In this document: positions 9,721-19,672 of the stretch, piece by piece
Position numbering within the stretch: position 1 is the first letter of the stretch
Layout: the number at the start of each line of letters is the position of its first letter
NCBI GenBank assembly: GCA_964576005.1
Contig: CAZNTM010000001.1
Coordinates: 3,711-67,710, forward strand
Direction: 5' to 3'
DNA length: 64,000 bases
DNA from: an uncultured Gammaproteobacteria bacterium
GTDB lineage: Bacteria; Patescibacteriota; Patescibacteriia; JACRJV01
The notes under the pieces: model-generated
Databases searched by the model: none
What the model saw: the letters and a program-made list of their open reading frames with translations, nothing else
What the model was told of the DNA's origin: nothing
Made by a program: the position numbers and the translations under genes

Positions 9721-11169
9721 ATGAACGACCAGGATCGGTGCGAATACCTTGTGGTCGGAAGCGGCGCAGGGGGTAGTGTTGCTGCTGCGCTGATCGCCGA
9801 AGCCGGACGCGACGTCATGGTGATCGAAGAAGGGGAGCGGTGGACGCCTGATCTCACCACAACTATTGGCGCAGGGACTCGTCGCCTCTATCGCAATGGC
9901 GGCGTGTTTCCATTTTTGGGCGCTCCGGTTATTCCGTTTGCCGAGGGTCGCTGCGTTGGCGGAAGCACCATCATTAATGGTGGGCTCATTTGGAGAACGC
10001 CATCGTGGGTTCTCGAGTCGTGGAGTAAAGAAAATGGTCTCACTGGTTATGATGAGCCACAGCTTCGAAAACATTTTGAAACGGTTGAACGGGATTTACA
10101 TGTTGTCCCACACACGCTTGAGCAGCATACCAACCTTGATTCAGGTGCTTTATACCGTGGGGCAAAAGCACTTGGCTGGAATGTTGCAATGGCTCCGCGG
10201 GCGGTGAAACACTGCAACAATAGCAACCGCTGTCCTATTGGCGGTTGCCCCGGATGTGGGAAGCAGAGCATGGCCGAGACCTATCTCCCTCGTGCACTCT
10301 CACGTGGGGCGCGCCTGCTCTCGAATTGTCGAGCGGTGAAGATTATTCATGAAAACGGCCGCGCCATTGAAGTTCTTGTACGTCATGAGAACCGTTTGCG
10401 TGCGATTACGTTTGATCATCTTGTGCTTGCAGGAGGTGCGATCCAGACGCCACACCTCCTGGCCAAAAGCGGGCTAAGATCCATCAAGAGCCATCCGGTA
10501 CAGTTCCACATGAATCTCAAAGTCGTGGCGCTCTACCCGGAGGAGATTCGTGCCCATCGCGGCACCATCTTTACAACGCAAGTGCAGGAGTTCGCGAGGG
10601 ATGGGATCCTGATGATGGCAACGAATCTTGCGCCGCACTATCTTGCGTTGACCTTAGCACGGCATGGCGCTGATGCGATGAACCAGGGACTACGGCAGTA
10701 TGCACATGCTGCTATTTTTACCGCAATGGTGCGAGCAAAAAGCAAGGCGCATGTGGTGAGCGTTCTCGGTGATCAGCCGCTTGTTTGGTATGCCTTTGAT
10801 ACTGAAGATCTTTCCACGATTCGTCTTGCCATTCGTCGGACAGCCGAGGCATTGTTCGCGAGTGGAGCCCGTGAGCTGTATTTGCCAATTCGGGGCTCGG
10901 CTGTGGTTGCATCGCTTGCTGCGGTGGACCGTGTGCTTGAAAAATTAACACCGGGAGTGCTTGACATTGTGACGGTGCATATTATGGCGTCCTGTCCGAT
11001 GGGGCCGTCCGCAGCAGCGTCGGTCGTGCGGCCGGATGGGCGTCTTTGGAGCTCCAAGAATATTATAGTTGCGGATGCGAGCATCCTGCCTTCAAACATC
11101 GGCGAAAGTCCGCAAGGGACGATTATGGCGTTTGTCCACGAACTGATCGGTCGGCATTTGGGCCCATGA
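9721..11169 (+). CDS. GMC family oxidoreductase
   Basis: VVGSGAGG, GRCVGGSTIING, C..GCP...KQS, HIMASCPMG, VADASILPS. Confidence 0.92.
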   Translation: MNDQDRCEYLVVGSGAGGSVAAALIAEAGRDVMVIEEGERWTPDLTTTIGAGTRRLYRNGGVFPFLGAPVIPFAEGRCVGGSTIINGGLIWRTPSWVLESWSKENGLTGYDEPQLRKHFETVERDLHVVPHTLEQHTNLDSGALYRGAKALGWNVAMAPRAVKHCNNSNRCPIGGCPGCGKQSMAETYLPRALSRGARLLSNCRAVKIIHENGRAIEVLVRHENRLRAITFDHLVLAGGAIQTPHLLAKSGLRSIKSHPVQFHMNLKVVALYPEEIRAHRGTIFTTQVQEFARDGILMMATNLAPHYLALTLARHGADAMNQGLRQYAHAAIFTAMVRAKSKAHVVSVLGDQPLVWYAFDTEDLSTIRLAIRRTAEALFASGARELYLPIRGSAVVASLAAVDRVLEKLTPGVLDIVTVHIMASCPMGPSAAASVVRPDGRLWSSKNIIVADASILPSNIGESPQGTIMAFVHELIGRHLGP

Positions 11170-11172
11170 TGT

Positions 11173-11748
11173 ATGATGATCCGAACATTGAGACTCGAAG
11201 ATCTTGAGCGCGTTGCTCGGATTCATTATGGAGAGCTTCCCGATGATTTTTGTTCAGTGCTCGGATTTGATTTCCTTCGTAAAATTTTCTATCCCGAATT
11301 GTTACGGCGCTGTGAAATTAAACTTGGAGCGGTGGATGAGCATGACATCGTGCAGGGGTTTATGTTTTTCGCTTCGGATCGGAAGCTGTTTCGGCGATTG
11401 GTTTTCGGCAACATCAGTGGAATCGTTCGCTGGGTTGACTGGCGCGTATTGTTTCAGGCTCGATTCCTGCGATCGGTCGCTGGGGTCATCATCATCCTCA
11501 TGAGCGCTCAAGAAGAATTGCTCGGATGGGAACAGGTCTATCTCGCGGTGTCAAAGTCGCATCAAGGCAAGTGGGTGGCGTTTCAGTTGTTTCAACAGGG
11601 GTTTCGTGAACTCACCACACGCGGGGTGCGACACTGCTGGTTAAAGACATTAAAAGCAACTCCTCAAAATATTCTTCTCTATGAGCGGATTGGGTTTCGG
11701 AAAGCTCAAGAGTATTGTGGGCGGGTGTACATGACAAGAGAAATTTAA
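11173..11748 (+). CDS. GNAT N-acetyltransferase
   Basis: LAVSKSHQGK motif A; N..LYERIGF. Confidence 0.8.
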   Translation: MMIRTLRLEDLERVARIHYGELPDDFCSVLGFDFLRKIFYPELLRRCEIKLGAVDEHDIVQGFMFFASDRKLFRRLVFGNISGIVRWVDWRVLFQARFLRSVAGVIIILMSAQEELLGWEQVYLAVSKSHQGKWVAFQLFQQGFRELTTRGVRHCWLKTLKATPQNILLYERIGFRKAQEYCGRVYMTREI

Positions 11749-11795
11749 GCTGTACAAATCTCTCTCCAGTGTTATACTATGCTTTTGGTGTGGGT

Positions 11796-12668
11796 ATGAA
11801 TAAACTGTACAAGAAGCTTTTTTTAGGTCGCATGTGGAGACGAATCTATCTGGAACGTCTTGGCGAGCCGCTCATATATAATTTTGCATCGCTATTCGTT
11901 TTTTTATTTGGTTCTTACAGTACAAAAATCCGATACGACCTCATTCCTCGCCAGCCGTATGCTTTTGGGATCGATTTTGCCTATCGGCTCGCCCGAGCCC
12001 GCGGGATTGATAAATTGGTTATCATAGAATTTGGCGTTGCTGGAGGGGCAGGATTGCTCAATATGATTGATATTGCCGGAAGAGTTGCCAAGGAGCGGGG
12101 TGGCGTTGATTTTCAGATTGTCGGCTTTGATAGCGGTATCGGCATGCCTGCCCCTCTCGATTTCCGCGATCACCCCGAAAAATACAAAACCGGCGATTAT
12201 CCCACAGGCAACAGGGAAAAACTTCTTGCCCAACTTCCAGCAAATGCAAAGATTTATTTTGGAGACGTGAAAGACACTGTTGCAACATTTTTAAAAGAAA
12301 TTCCATCCGGGTACCGGATCGGATTTATCAGCGTTGATGTTGACTACTACTCAAGCGCAAAAGCGTGTCTGGAGATATTAAAACAAGATCAATCACACTA
12401 CCTCCCATCCGTTCCAATGTATTTTGATGACGTCCGCGAAATAGACCACAATGAATACTGTGGGGAACTTCTTGCGATCAAGGAATTTAACAATGAGGAC
12501 AACGTATATCGTAAGATCACAAAAATAACGGATCTCCGGCGTTGTCGTCTTTTTCAACGCGCCACATGGATTGATCAAATGTATTTCGGTCATGTTTTTG
12601 ACAGTAGCTATCGTGCGTCGAGAGGGGGAGCGCCTGTCATTCTCGATAATCCATATCTCGGTTCGTAA
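11796..12668 (+). CDS. TylF/MycF-like O-methyltransferase-fold protein
   Basis: IEFGVAGG.G, GFDS..GMP, VDVDYYSS, YFDD motifs. Confidence 0.7.
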   Translation: MNKLYKKLFLGRMWRRIYLERLGEPLIYNFASLFVFLFGSYSTKIRYDLIPRQPYAFGIDFAYRLARARGIDKLVIIEFGVAGGAGLLNMIDIAGRVAKERGGVDFQIVGFDSGIGMPAPLDFRDHPEKYKTGDYPTGNREKLLAQLPANAKIYFGDVKDTVATFLKEIPSGYRIGFISVDVDYYSSAKACLEILKQDQSHYLPSVPMYFDDVREIDHNEYCGELLAIKEFNNEDNVYRKITKITDLRRCRLFQRATWIDQMYFGHVFDSSYRASRGGAPVILDNPYLGS

Positions 12669-12675
12669 TTGATCT

Positions 12676-13050
12676 ATGAGCACGAATGGGATCGGTGTGG
12701 GTGTTGACATGGAATCCACTGAACGGTTTCGAAGCCTTGATCGTCTCCGTCATAAGCATTTTTTAGCTCGCGTGTTTACTCAAGCTGAACTCACCTATTG
12801 TTTTAGCAAGCCTTTGCCCGAAGCTCATTTAGCAGCTCGATTTGTTGCAAAGGAGGCAGTCATCAAGGCGCTTGCCGTTCTCGGAATCCATACGCTCACT
12901 TATTGCGACATTGAAGTGGTGCACACTCCAAAAGGTGTTCCGAGTGTGAAGCTGCCAAAGCAGTGGAGCGATGTTCACGTTGCGGTGAGTCTCTCGCATA
13001 CCACCGACGCGGCGTTGGCATTTGTCGTTGCGCATCAGGGATGCGGATGA
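12676..13050 (+). CDS. acpS: Holo-ACP synthase
   Basis: GVGVD, FT.AEL.YC, LAARFVAKEAVIKAL, VSLSH. Confidence 0.93.
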   Translation: MSTNGIGVGVDMESTERFRSLDRLRHKHFLARVFTQAELTYCFSKPLPEAHLAARFVAKEAVIKALAVLGIHTLTYCDIEVVHTPKGVPSVKLPKQWSDVHVAVSLSHTTDAALAFVVAHQGCG

Positions 13051-13143
13051 CCATGTCGTAACGGTGAGCGGCTGTCTGTCTAGACAAAAATCATCCTGAT
13101 GCGCTAGGATATATATCTACTCTCTGTGTAAAAAATTGTGGCC

Positions 13144-14211
13144 ATGAATAAAATCAATGTCGCTCTTGTTGGGGTAGGGAATTGTGCAAAGGCACTCGTC
13201 GAGGGAGTTGCCTTTTACACGAAACACCCGGATGAAACCGTTGGCCTCATGAATCCACTCATCGGTCCGTATCATCCGAAAGACATCAATTTCGTTGCGG
13301 CCTTTGACGTGGATGAACGGAAGGTTGGCCGGAAGCTCCATGAGGCTGTTTCCGCCGAACCGAATATGACGGCGAAGATTTCCGACCCGTTAGAGTACGA
13401 CGTCGTGGTCCAGCGTGGTCCGACGTATGACAGCGTCGTTGATGCCATGCGGGAGTTTTTCATCCACGAAAGCCGTGCTCCGGTTGTGGACATTACGCGC
13501 GTGTTACGGGAATCAGAAGCGGATATCCTCGTGAACTATTTACCCTCAGGAGGGGAGCAAGCGACGTACGCCTATGCCGAGGCTGCGCTCGAGGCGGGCT
13601 GTCACGTTCTCAACTGCATCCCCACCCCGCTGGCGACGATTCCACAATGGAGAAAGCGATTTGAGGATCGGGGGTTGTTGGTCATGGGAGACGATATTAA
13701 AAGTCAGGTCGGCGCGACCATTCTCAACCGATCCCTCCTGTCTTTGTTGAAGATGCGGGGAGTGAAGGTGACAAAGTCGGTTCAGGAAAATGTTGGGGGC
13801 AACGCTGACCACTTCAATCTTCTGCATCGATATGAGGCAAAAGAGCGGTCGAAGAGGGCAGCACTCACCTCGATACTCGGAGAGGGCGACATCAAGCCTG
13901 TGGTCAAGCTTTCGTACACGGGCGAGAACACCGGTCACAAGCTCGTGAAGATACAAATTGAGGGAGAGATTTTCGGACGCACCCCGATTGTTATTTCAGC
14001 CCAGATCGAGGACGAGATCAGTATCAATAGCGCTGGGATTGTGGTTGACGCCATTCGTGCGCTGAAGCTTTTGGCGCTTACCCGAGCCCGCACTGAGATC
14101 GACAACCTCACCGCCTTCCTAATGAAAACGCCTCCAAAACCGATGCCCGACTTGGACGCTTTCAATGCGTTTCAAGATACGATGGAGCGCTTGCGTGCTC
14201 TTTCGGAGTAG
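13144..14211 (+). CDS. ino1: myo-inositol-1-phosphate synthase
   Basis: VGVGNCA, VAAFDVD..KVG, VNYLP.G, GDDIKSQVGAT, NVGGNAD, NSAG.VVDAIR, FLMKTPP. Confidence 0.92.
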   Translation: MNKINVALVGVGNCAKALVEGVAFYTKHPDETVGLMNPLIGPYHPKDINFVAAFDVDERKVGRKLHEAVSAEPNMTAKISDPLEYDVVVQRGPTYDSVVDAMREFFIHESRAPVVDITRVLRESEADILVNYLPSGGEQATYAYAEAALEAGCHVLNCIPTPLATIPQWRKRFEDRGLLVMGDDIKSQVGATILNRSLLSLLKMRGVKVTKSVQENVGGNADHFNLLHRYEAKERSKRAALTSILGEGDIKPVVKLSYTGENTGHKLVKIQIEGEIFGRTPIVISAQIEDEISINSAGIVVDAIRALKLLALTRARTEIDNLTAFLMKTPPKPMPDLDAFNAFQDTMERLRALSE

Positions 14212-14216
14212 GGTTT

Positions 14217-15920
14217 CTAAGGGCGTTGGGGCTTTGGCAGTGATGCTCCTGGATTCATTTCGACATCCATCGTGGAAGTGTCGCCGCTCTCTGCCTGATT
14301 CTCTCTGGCGCGCAAGACTCTCCTCATGATTTTTCCGCTCTTTGTTTTTGGGAGTTTTTCGACAAACTCAATTTCTCGCGGCACTTCGTGAACCGAGAGT
14401 TTTACCTTCACATGACGCATGAGCTCCAGCTTGAGCTCATCGCTCCCCGTCATTCCTTGCCGAAGCAACACGAATGCTTTCACAATGGTGCCATAAAGGT
14501 CATGGGGTTTGCCGATGACCCCGGCTTCCGCAACGGCCGGATGTGCAACGAGGACGCTCTCGATTTCAAACGGACTGATGCGCTCTGCGGCGCTTTTAAT
14601 CATGTCATCGTCCCGGCCTTGGAACCAGAAATATCCCTCGGCGTCTTCGTACGCGGCATCTCCGGAAATATACCAATCATTTTCAAAATAGGACTCGAAT
14701 TTTTCCGCATTGTTCCAGACTGTTTTCATGAGGCCTGGCCAAGGGGTTTTGATGGCAAGTCTCCCAACCGTGCGCCGGGGCACTTCTCGGCCAGTCTCGT
14801 CCAGGATCGCCGCGGTAATCCCCGGCAGCGGTCTTCCCATTGAGCCCTTGTTGATAGGCAGGCATCGGTAGTTATTAATAAGTTGGTGGCCGTTCTCTGT
14901 CATGTACCAGGAATCATGGATCGGGATGCCGAGGCGTTCCTGTGTCCAGTTGATGAGGCTTTCGTTGAGGGGTTCACCGGCGCTCACAATGTGTCGGAGT
15001 TCAGGAAGCGTGTCTCGATTCAGTGGAGCTTCATAATACCGCAACAGGCGAAACGCGGTTGGCGTACTGTACCAGACGCTGATTCGGTGTTTTTTCATGA
15101 ACTCAATCCATTCCAGCGGATGAAATCCGCCTTCGTAAATGTGGGCAGCCACTCCAACCAGTAATGGAGCAAAGAAGGTATACACCATGCCAGTCACCCA
15201 GCCGGGATCTCCGGTGTTCCAATACCGATCGTCTGGATGAAGATCAAGGACAAATGAAGCGGTGACCCGGTGTCCGATCATCGCTCGATTGGGCAGTACA
15301 ATTCCCTTTGGTTTTGCCGTTGATCCTGAAGTGTAATGAAGAATGAATGGGGTTTCGAGGTCTCCGAAGTGCACCGCGCGCGGGTCGGGCGCGTGCCGGA
15401 GCAGCTCGGGAAGGTCCTTTGGGAGAAGGACGTGCTTTACAGTCGGAATGTTTTCCAGCCTCAGGTTCGGTTCGAGCCTTCCCGTGGTGTAGATCCAGGT
15501 GGCACCGCAGTCGGTGAGCCGATCCTCGACGGCATCAGACCCAAACGCTTCAAAGAGGGGAACCGCGATTGCTCCGGCTTTCATCGCCCCCAAGAGGACG
15601 ATCGCATACTCAATGGAGCGCGGGGCGTACAACGCAAAGCGATCGCCGGGGGTGAAACCAGCTTCTCGCACGGCAGCCGCGAATCGGTCGGTTCGGTCGC
15701 AGAGTTCATGAAACGTGATTCGTTCAATCCGCCCGTCAGTTTTTTGGGAAATGAGGGCTGGTCGGTTGCCGTTGCCGCGCTCCAGCTGCGCCGTGGTCAC
15801 TTCCACCGCGTAGTTGACCTTTCCTGTTTGGTCAAAAGAAAATTCTCTCTCCCATTCCTTCCAAGAGAAATTTCGGTACGTCTGTTCGTAGTTCGTGAGG
15901 TTTGGGGCAGGTTCTTGCAT
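14217..15920 (-). CDS. acsA: Acetate-CoA ligase (AMP-forming)
   Basis: YTSGSTAKPKG, DPGWVTG, SAGEPLN, GDAA..D..GY.WF.GR.DD, LPKTKSGKIMRRVL. Confidence 0.9.
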   Translation of the reverse strand: MQEPAPNLTNYEQTYRNFSWKEWEREFSFDQTGKVNYAVEVTTAQLERGNGNRPALISQKTDGRIERITFHELCDRTDRFAAAVREAGFTPGDRFALYAPRSIEYAIVLLGAMKAGAIAVPLFEAFGSDAVEDRLTDCGATWIYTTGRLEPNLRLENIPTVKHVLLPKDLPELLRHAPDPRAVHFGDLETPFILHYTSGSTAKPKGIVLPNRAMIGHRVTASFVLDLHPDDRYWNTGDPGWVTGMVYTFFAPLLVGVAAHIYEGGFHPLEWIEFMKKHRISVWYSTPTAFRLLRYYEAPLNRDTLPELRHIVSAGEPLNESLINWTQERLGIPIHDSWYMTENGHQLINNYRCLPINKGSMGRPLPGITAAILDETGREVPRRTVGRLAIKTPWPGLMKTVWNNAEKFESYFENDWYISGDAAYEDAEGYFWFQGRDDDMIKSAAERISPFEIESVLVAHPAVAEAGVIGKPHDLYGTIVKAFVLLRQGMTGSDELKLELMRHVKVKLSVHEVPREIEFVEKLPKTKSGKIMRRVLRARENQAESGDTSTMDVEMNPGASLPKPQRP

Positions 15921-16040
15921 ATACCGATAGTGTAGCCTTATTTCAGAAAGGAAATCAAGAAGGGTATGGCCTGCTGCTGCGTGCGTTGACAGTCGCGCCA
16001 CCACTGTTTATGATTCTGCCATCCTCTCTCTTTCTTCGAT

Positions 16041-16292
16041 ATGAATTCCCGTGATGCCGGAAATACGCTTCATGTGATTCTCTCGCGAGTGCTCCTGATT
16101 TCACCCGCAGAGATTACTGATGAAACCTCGCCCGAGACGGTGCCCACATGGGACTCGTACAATGCGCTCATGCTCGTCTCTGAGCTTGAGCAGACATTCC
16201 AGGTGAAGTTTACACTCGACGAAGTGATGGCCGTCAAAAACGTCGGCGATATTAAGCGTCATCTCACCGCGCACGGTATTGCATTTGCCTAG
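16041..16292 (+). CDS. Acyl carrier protein
   Basis: 83 aa, WDS phosphopantetheine site, ELEQTF.VKF...E....NVGDI. Confidence 0.88.
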   Translation: MNSRDAGNTLHVILSRVLLISPAEITDETSPETVPTWDSYNALMLVSELEQTFQVKFTLDEVMAVKNVGDIKRHLTAHGIAFA

Positions 16293-16296
16293 GGCT

Positions 16297-16680
16297 ATGT
16301 CTGTTGACGCATCGCTTCGTTACGAGGATATCGTTATTGGAGCCGTCTATGAATTTACTCGTGTCGTGAGCGAGGACGATGGACGTACCTTCGTCGCATT
16401 AACCGACGATGTCAATACGGCAGGAGGAACCATGGCGCACGGAATGCATACGGCGAGTTTGTTTTCGACCTTAATTGATATGTACTGTCCTGCAGGGAAG
16501 AACCTCCACATGAGTCAGACGCTTCAGTTCCGCAAGGGTGTCTTTTTTGGAGATCGTCTCACCGTGCGCGCAACGGTCATATCAAAAAGCGATAGCATTC
16601 ATCTTCTTACTCTAAAAACCGAGGTGCTCCGCGGGCAGGACGTGGTGGTGAGCGGAGAAGCGAAGGTTAAAATGCTCTGA
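16297..16680 (+). CDS. MaoC/hotdog-fold protein with a degenerate hydratase motif
   Basis: F.ALT.D.N...AHGM, QTLQF...V..GD.L, V.GEAKV; the usual NPxH segment is absent. Confidence 0.8.
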   Translation: MSVDASLRYEDIVIGAVYEFTRVVSEDDGRTFVALTDDVNTAGGTMAHGMHTASLFSTLIDMYCPAGKNLHMSQTLQFRKGVFFGDRLTVRATVISKSDSIHLLTLKTEVLRGQDVVVSGEAKVKML

Positions 16681-16704
16681 GCGTTCACGAGAGCCTCTCC
16701 CGCT

Positions 16705-18441
16705 ATGATTCGACACTGGTATAAAGAGTACTGGCTTGTTTTGCTTTTCGCAGTGGCGGTGTCTCTTATCTACGGCGGGGGACACCTTATTCATCTTCAG
16801 CAGTTGGGCCTTGAACAATACGAGCCCCTCACGGTCGCCTCGGATTTAGATGTCGCAGTCACCTATGCGCCTCGCGCCAAGGCAGTTGCCCGCGGGGAGC
16901 ATCTGCCGATCGGAGATATCAACCTCGCCGAGTATCCGGAGAGCCCTGCGTATCTGCCAATGCTCAACCCTCTGATTATGGGGGGAGCGATACGACTGTT
17001 TGGTTCTTTGAAGCTCGCGGTGATCGTTTCGGATTTTGTTTTTCCTACCATTATTTTTTTGTTGCTGTATTCTTTTTTCTTCTTACTTCTCAAGAGAAAG
17101 ATGGCGTCTCTTGTTGTGGCATCATTATTTATCTTCGCCATTGATTTTCCGTTCTGGGGTCTTCGCGAGCTTCTGAAGCCGCCCTTGGTCTCATTGAGCT
17201 TTTCACGGTTTGACGCTCCGCAGCTCACCGATCTTTTTTATCTTCCTGCCGCGATCTTCACCTATCTCTCGCTCCTGCGGCGGCAATCAGGATTCGTCGT
17301 GGCTGCCGGAGTCTTCGCCGGAGCGCTCTTTTATACCGATCTCTACGATTGGGTGACATTCTATACGGGACTACTTCTTCTCTTGGCCTTTTTTCTTTTG
17401 ACGCGAAACTGGGGGGCTGCAAAAATCGTTGCAGGGATTCTCGGCATCGGGTTCCTGCTCTCAACATTTTACTGGGTCAACTTTTTTCGGCTGACACAGC
17501 TTCCCCAATACCAGGATATTGCAACGCGGGCCGGAGTGGAGCGGTCGCGTGCCATCCGCTGGTTCACCTGGGATCTCTATCTTCGGGTTGGGACCGTGAT
17601 TGCTCTCCTGTGGGCGCTGCTTCGTAAGCGTGACCCCATGACGGCTACCTACCTCATTGCGTTTTTGCTTCCACTCTTCGTCACCTTGAACCTCCAAGTG
17701 TTGACGGGTCTCTCTCCACAACCTGATCATTGGATCCGACCACTGGAGCCGTTGATGATGGCGTCGTTGGCTCTCATCGTTCTGGTGGTCGCGGAAACGT
17801 ATCTTCGGCGCATCCCAATGCGATGGTGGAACATTGGTGCCGTGTTTTTTCTCTTCGGACTTTTTTCTCTCGAAACGTTCTACGTTTTTCGCACGGCACG
17901 ATTGACAGCCGGGACACATACAATGCCGGAAGAACAGGCGGCAAGTTACCGTTGGATTCGCAACCACGTTCCTCCTGGTTCCACCATTGCGAGTATCGCG
18001 CCAGAAACGAACCTTGACCTACAGCTTTATACCGACACAAAGCTCTTTTTGCCTTATGGACTCAATACCATCGCTTCAACAGAAGAAATTTGGCAGCGCT
18101 TTTTTTATCTCGCTTCTCTGTATCATGTTCCGGCAACAGAGATTCTTGCTCTTTTTGTCGATCGGCCGCCCATGAACATGAATCTCTATCTCTTCCAAAA
18201 CGGTTTTTATGGGAGCGCTTTGAATAGCTATTTTGTTGGTAGGAAGCGTGTGGTTCCTCCAACGCTTCTCGATGAGAAGCAAAAGCGGTATAGTGTCGCC
18301 GACCCAGTTGAGCCGCCATTTCGTCTTCAGTACGTCTATTACGGGGCGAACGAAAAATTACTTGGCGAAGATCCTCAAATCAAGAATCCGAACCTCAAGC
18401 GTGTCTACGACGATCCACACGTTCGGATCTATACATTATGA
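16705..18441 (+). CDS. Multi-pass membrane protein, GT-C glycosyltransferase-like
   Basis: About 12 TM segments, acidic first loop, C-terminal soluble domain with W.RNHVP..S.I and VYD...V.IY, as in GT-C/STT3-like proteins. Confidence 0.6.
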   Translation: MIRHWYKEYWLVLLFAVAVSLIYGGGHLIHLQQLGLEQYEPLTVASDLDVAVTYAPRAKAVARGEHLPIGDINLAEYPESPAYLPMLNPLIMGGAIRLFGSLKLAVIVSDFVFPTIIFLLLYSFFFLLLKRKMASLVVASLFIFAIDFPFWGLRELLKPPLVSLSFSRFDAPQLTDLFYLPAAIFTYLSLLRRQSGFVVAAGVFAGALFYTDLYDWVTFYTGLLLLLAFFLLTRNWGAAKIVAGILGIGFLLSTFYWVNFFRLTQLPQYQDIATRAGVERSRAIRWFTWDLYLRVGTVIALLWALLRKRDPMTATYLIAFLLPLFVTLNLQVLTGLSPQPDHWIRPLEPLMMASLALIVLVVAETYLRRIPMRWWNIGAVFFLFGLFSLETFYVFRTARLTAGTHTMPEEQAASYRWIRNHVPPGSTIASIAPETNLDLQLYTDTKLFLPYGLNTIASTEEIWQRFFYLASLYHVPATEILALFVDRPPMNMNLYLFQNGFYGSALNSYFVGRKRVVPPTLLDEKQKRYSVADPVEPPFRLQYVYYGANEKLLGEDPQIKNPNLKRVYDDPHVRIYTL

Positions 18442-19487
18442 AGCTCACTGTTGCGTGGAATGTTTGGGATAATTATCTCGATGTTGCACTCGGTTCAGAA
18501 ATTCTGCGCCGGGAAAACGAGCAGACGAAGCACTTTCAGGAGCTTCATCTCATTTCTCAAGGGGGGTATCCTGAGCCGCCATCCCGCGAGTACGCCCAAT
18601 ACTTGGATGGGCATTTCTTCGTTGCCTATCCCGACGTCCCTCTCATTGCGTTTCACGTGAAGTACAAAGGCGTCTTGCGCGTTCTTGAGGGAATTCAGCG
18701 CGCATTTCGTTACGCCGAAGTGCGTGGACACGACTTCGTGCTTGTCACCAATGGGGATGCTTGGCCACTGTCCATCGAAAAACTTTTCCGTATCTTGAGC
18801 GATCCGGCCGTCACCGAAGCGGCGGTTTCGATGCGCGTCGGTTCGCTCACGGGTTTGGAGCTCAATTTTGGCAGTCGCGTGCCCCTGTTTGATGATCACT
18901 TCATTATTCTTAATGTGAGAGAATGCACGACCTCTGGCGTGTTCGATTACGATCACTCGGCGCGGTTTTTCCGGCCGCACCATCCGAGTGCTCTCCATTA
19001 CTTATTGTGCCTCTTTGTGGATCAGCGGGTTCCGGCCGGGAAGTTCCATATCTACTCTGATATCAGTGATACGATGAATCACTACGGCGACTGGATGGGC
19101 TGGAACCTCTTGCCCTGGCAATATCAGCTTTCGACCGGTTTTCTGCATGCCAACTGCGCGCAAGTGTTCTCGTTGAATGCGCTGCGCGCGGCATTCCTCA
19201 ATGACCTTGGGTTCACGCGCTACCCACTTGTGGCGCGTTATTACCGAGACGTTGTACCTGATCCATTACTCTTCACGCGTCGCAACGGTATGCTTGTCTA
19301 CAAGAAGCCACTCTCTCGACGGGTGCGTGAGTCATTCTTTTGGTGGGCATATCGTGCATACTGCGCCACAGTGCACGAGTACTATGAGCGCCGCTATGCG
19401 CGCTTTCCGAGTTCTGATGTCCGGAAGAAAACGCTGGAGTACTTTGATGCATTCCACCATATTAAGCCGGCAATTCTTACCCAGTGA
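18438..19487 (+). CDS. Hypothetical protein (possible GT-A-like), paralog of 19673-20533
   Basis: Overlapping ATGA start; FVLVTNGDAW; aligns by eye with the next gene. Confidence 0.7.
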   Translation: MKLTVAWNVWDNYLDVALGSEILRRENEQTKHFQELHLISQGGYPEPPSREYAQYLDGHFFVAYPDVPLIAFHVKYKGVLRVLEGIQRAFRYAEVRGHDFVLVTNGDAWPLSIEKLFRILSDPAVTEAAVSMRVGSLTGLELNFGSRVPLFDDHFIILNVRECTTSGVFDYDHSARFFRPHHPSALHYLLCLFVDQRVPAGKFHIYSDISDTMNHYGDWMGWNLLPWQYQLSTGFLHANCAQVFSLNALRAAFLNDLGFTRYPLVARYYRDVVPDPLLFTRRNGMLVYKKPLSRRVRESFFWWAYRAYCATVHEYYERRYARFPSSDVRKKTLEYFDAFHHIKPAILTQ

Positions 19488-19500
19488 GATACTTCACTAA

Positions 19501-19633
19501 CTCTGAATTACGAAACGCCCTTTTTGTCACCCTGAGCTTGTCGAAGGGTGACTGAAAGAGGCGAAATACATGGCCTTTCCGTCATGGTTCGACAAGCTCA
19601 CCATGACAATGGAATGGGTTTCGTAATTCACAG
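19501..19633 (+). mobile_element. 133-bp MITE copy 2
   Basis: Same TIRs; 7-bp direct repeat TCACTAA on both sides. Confidence 0.95.
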
Positions 19634-19672
19634 TCACTAAAGTCGTTGATCCATGTAATGGGGCATGCTGAT

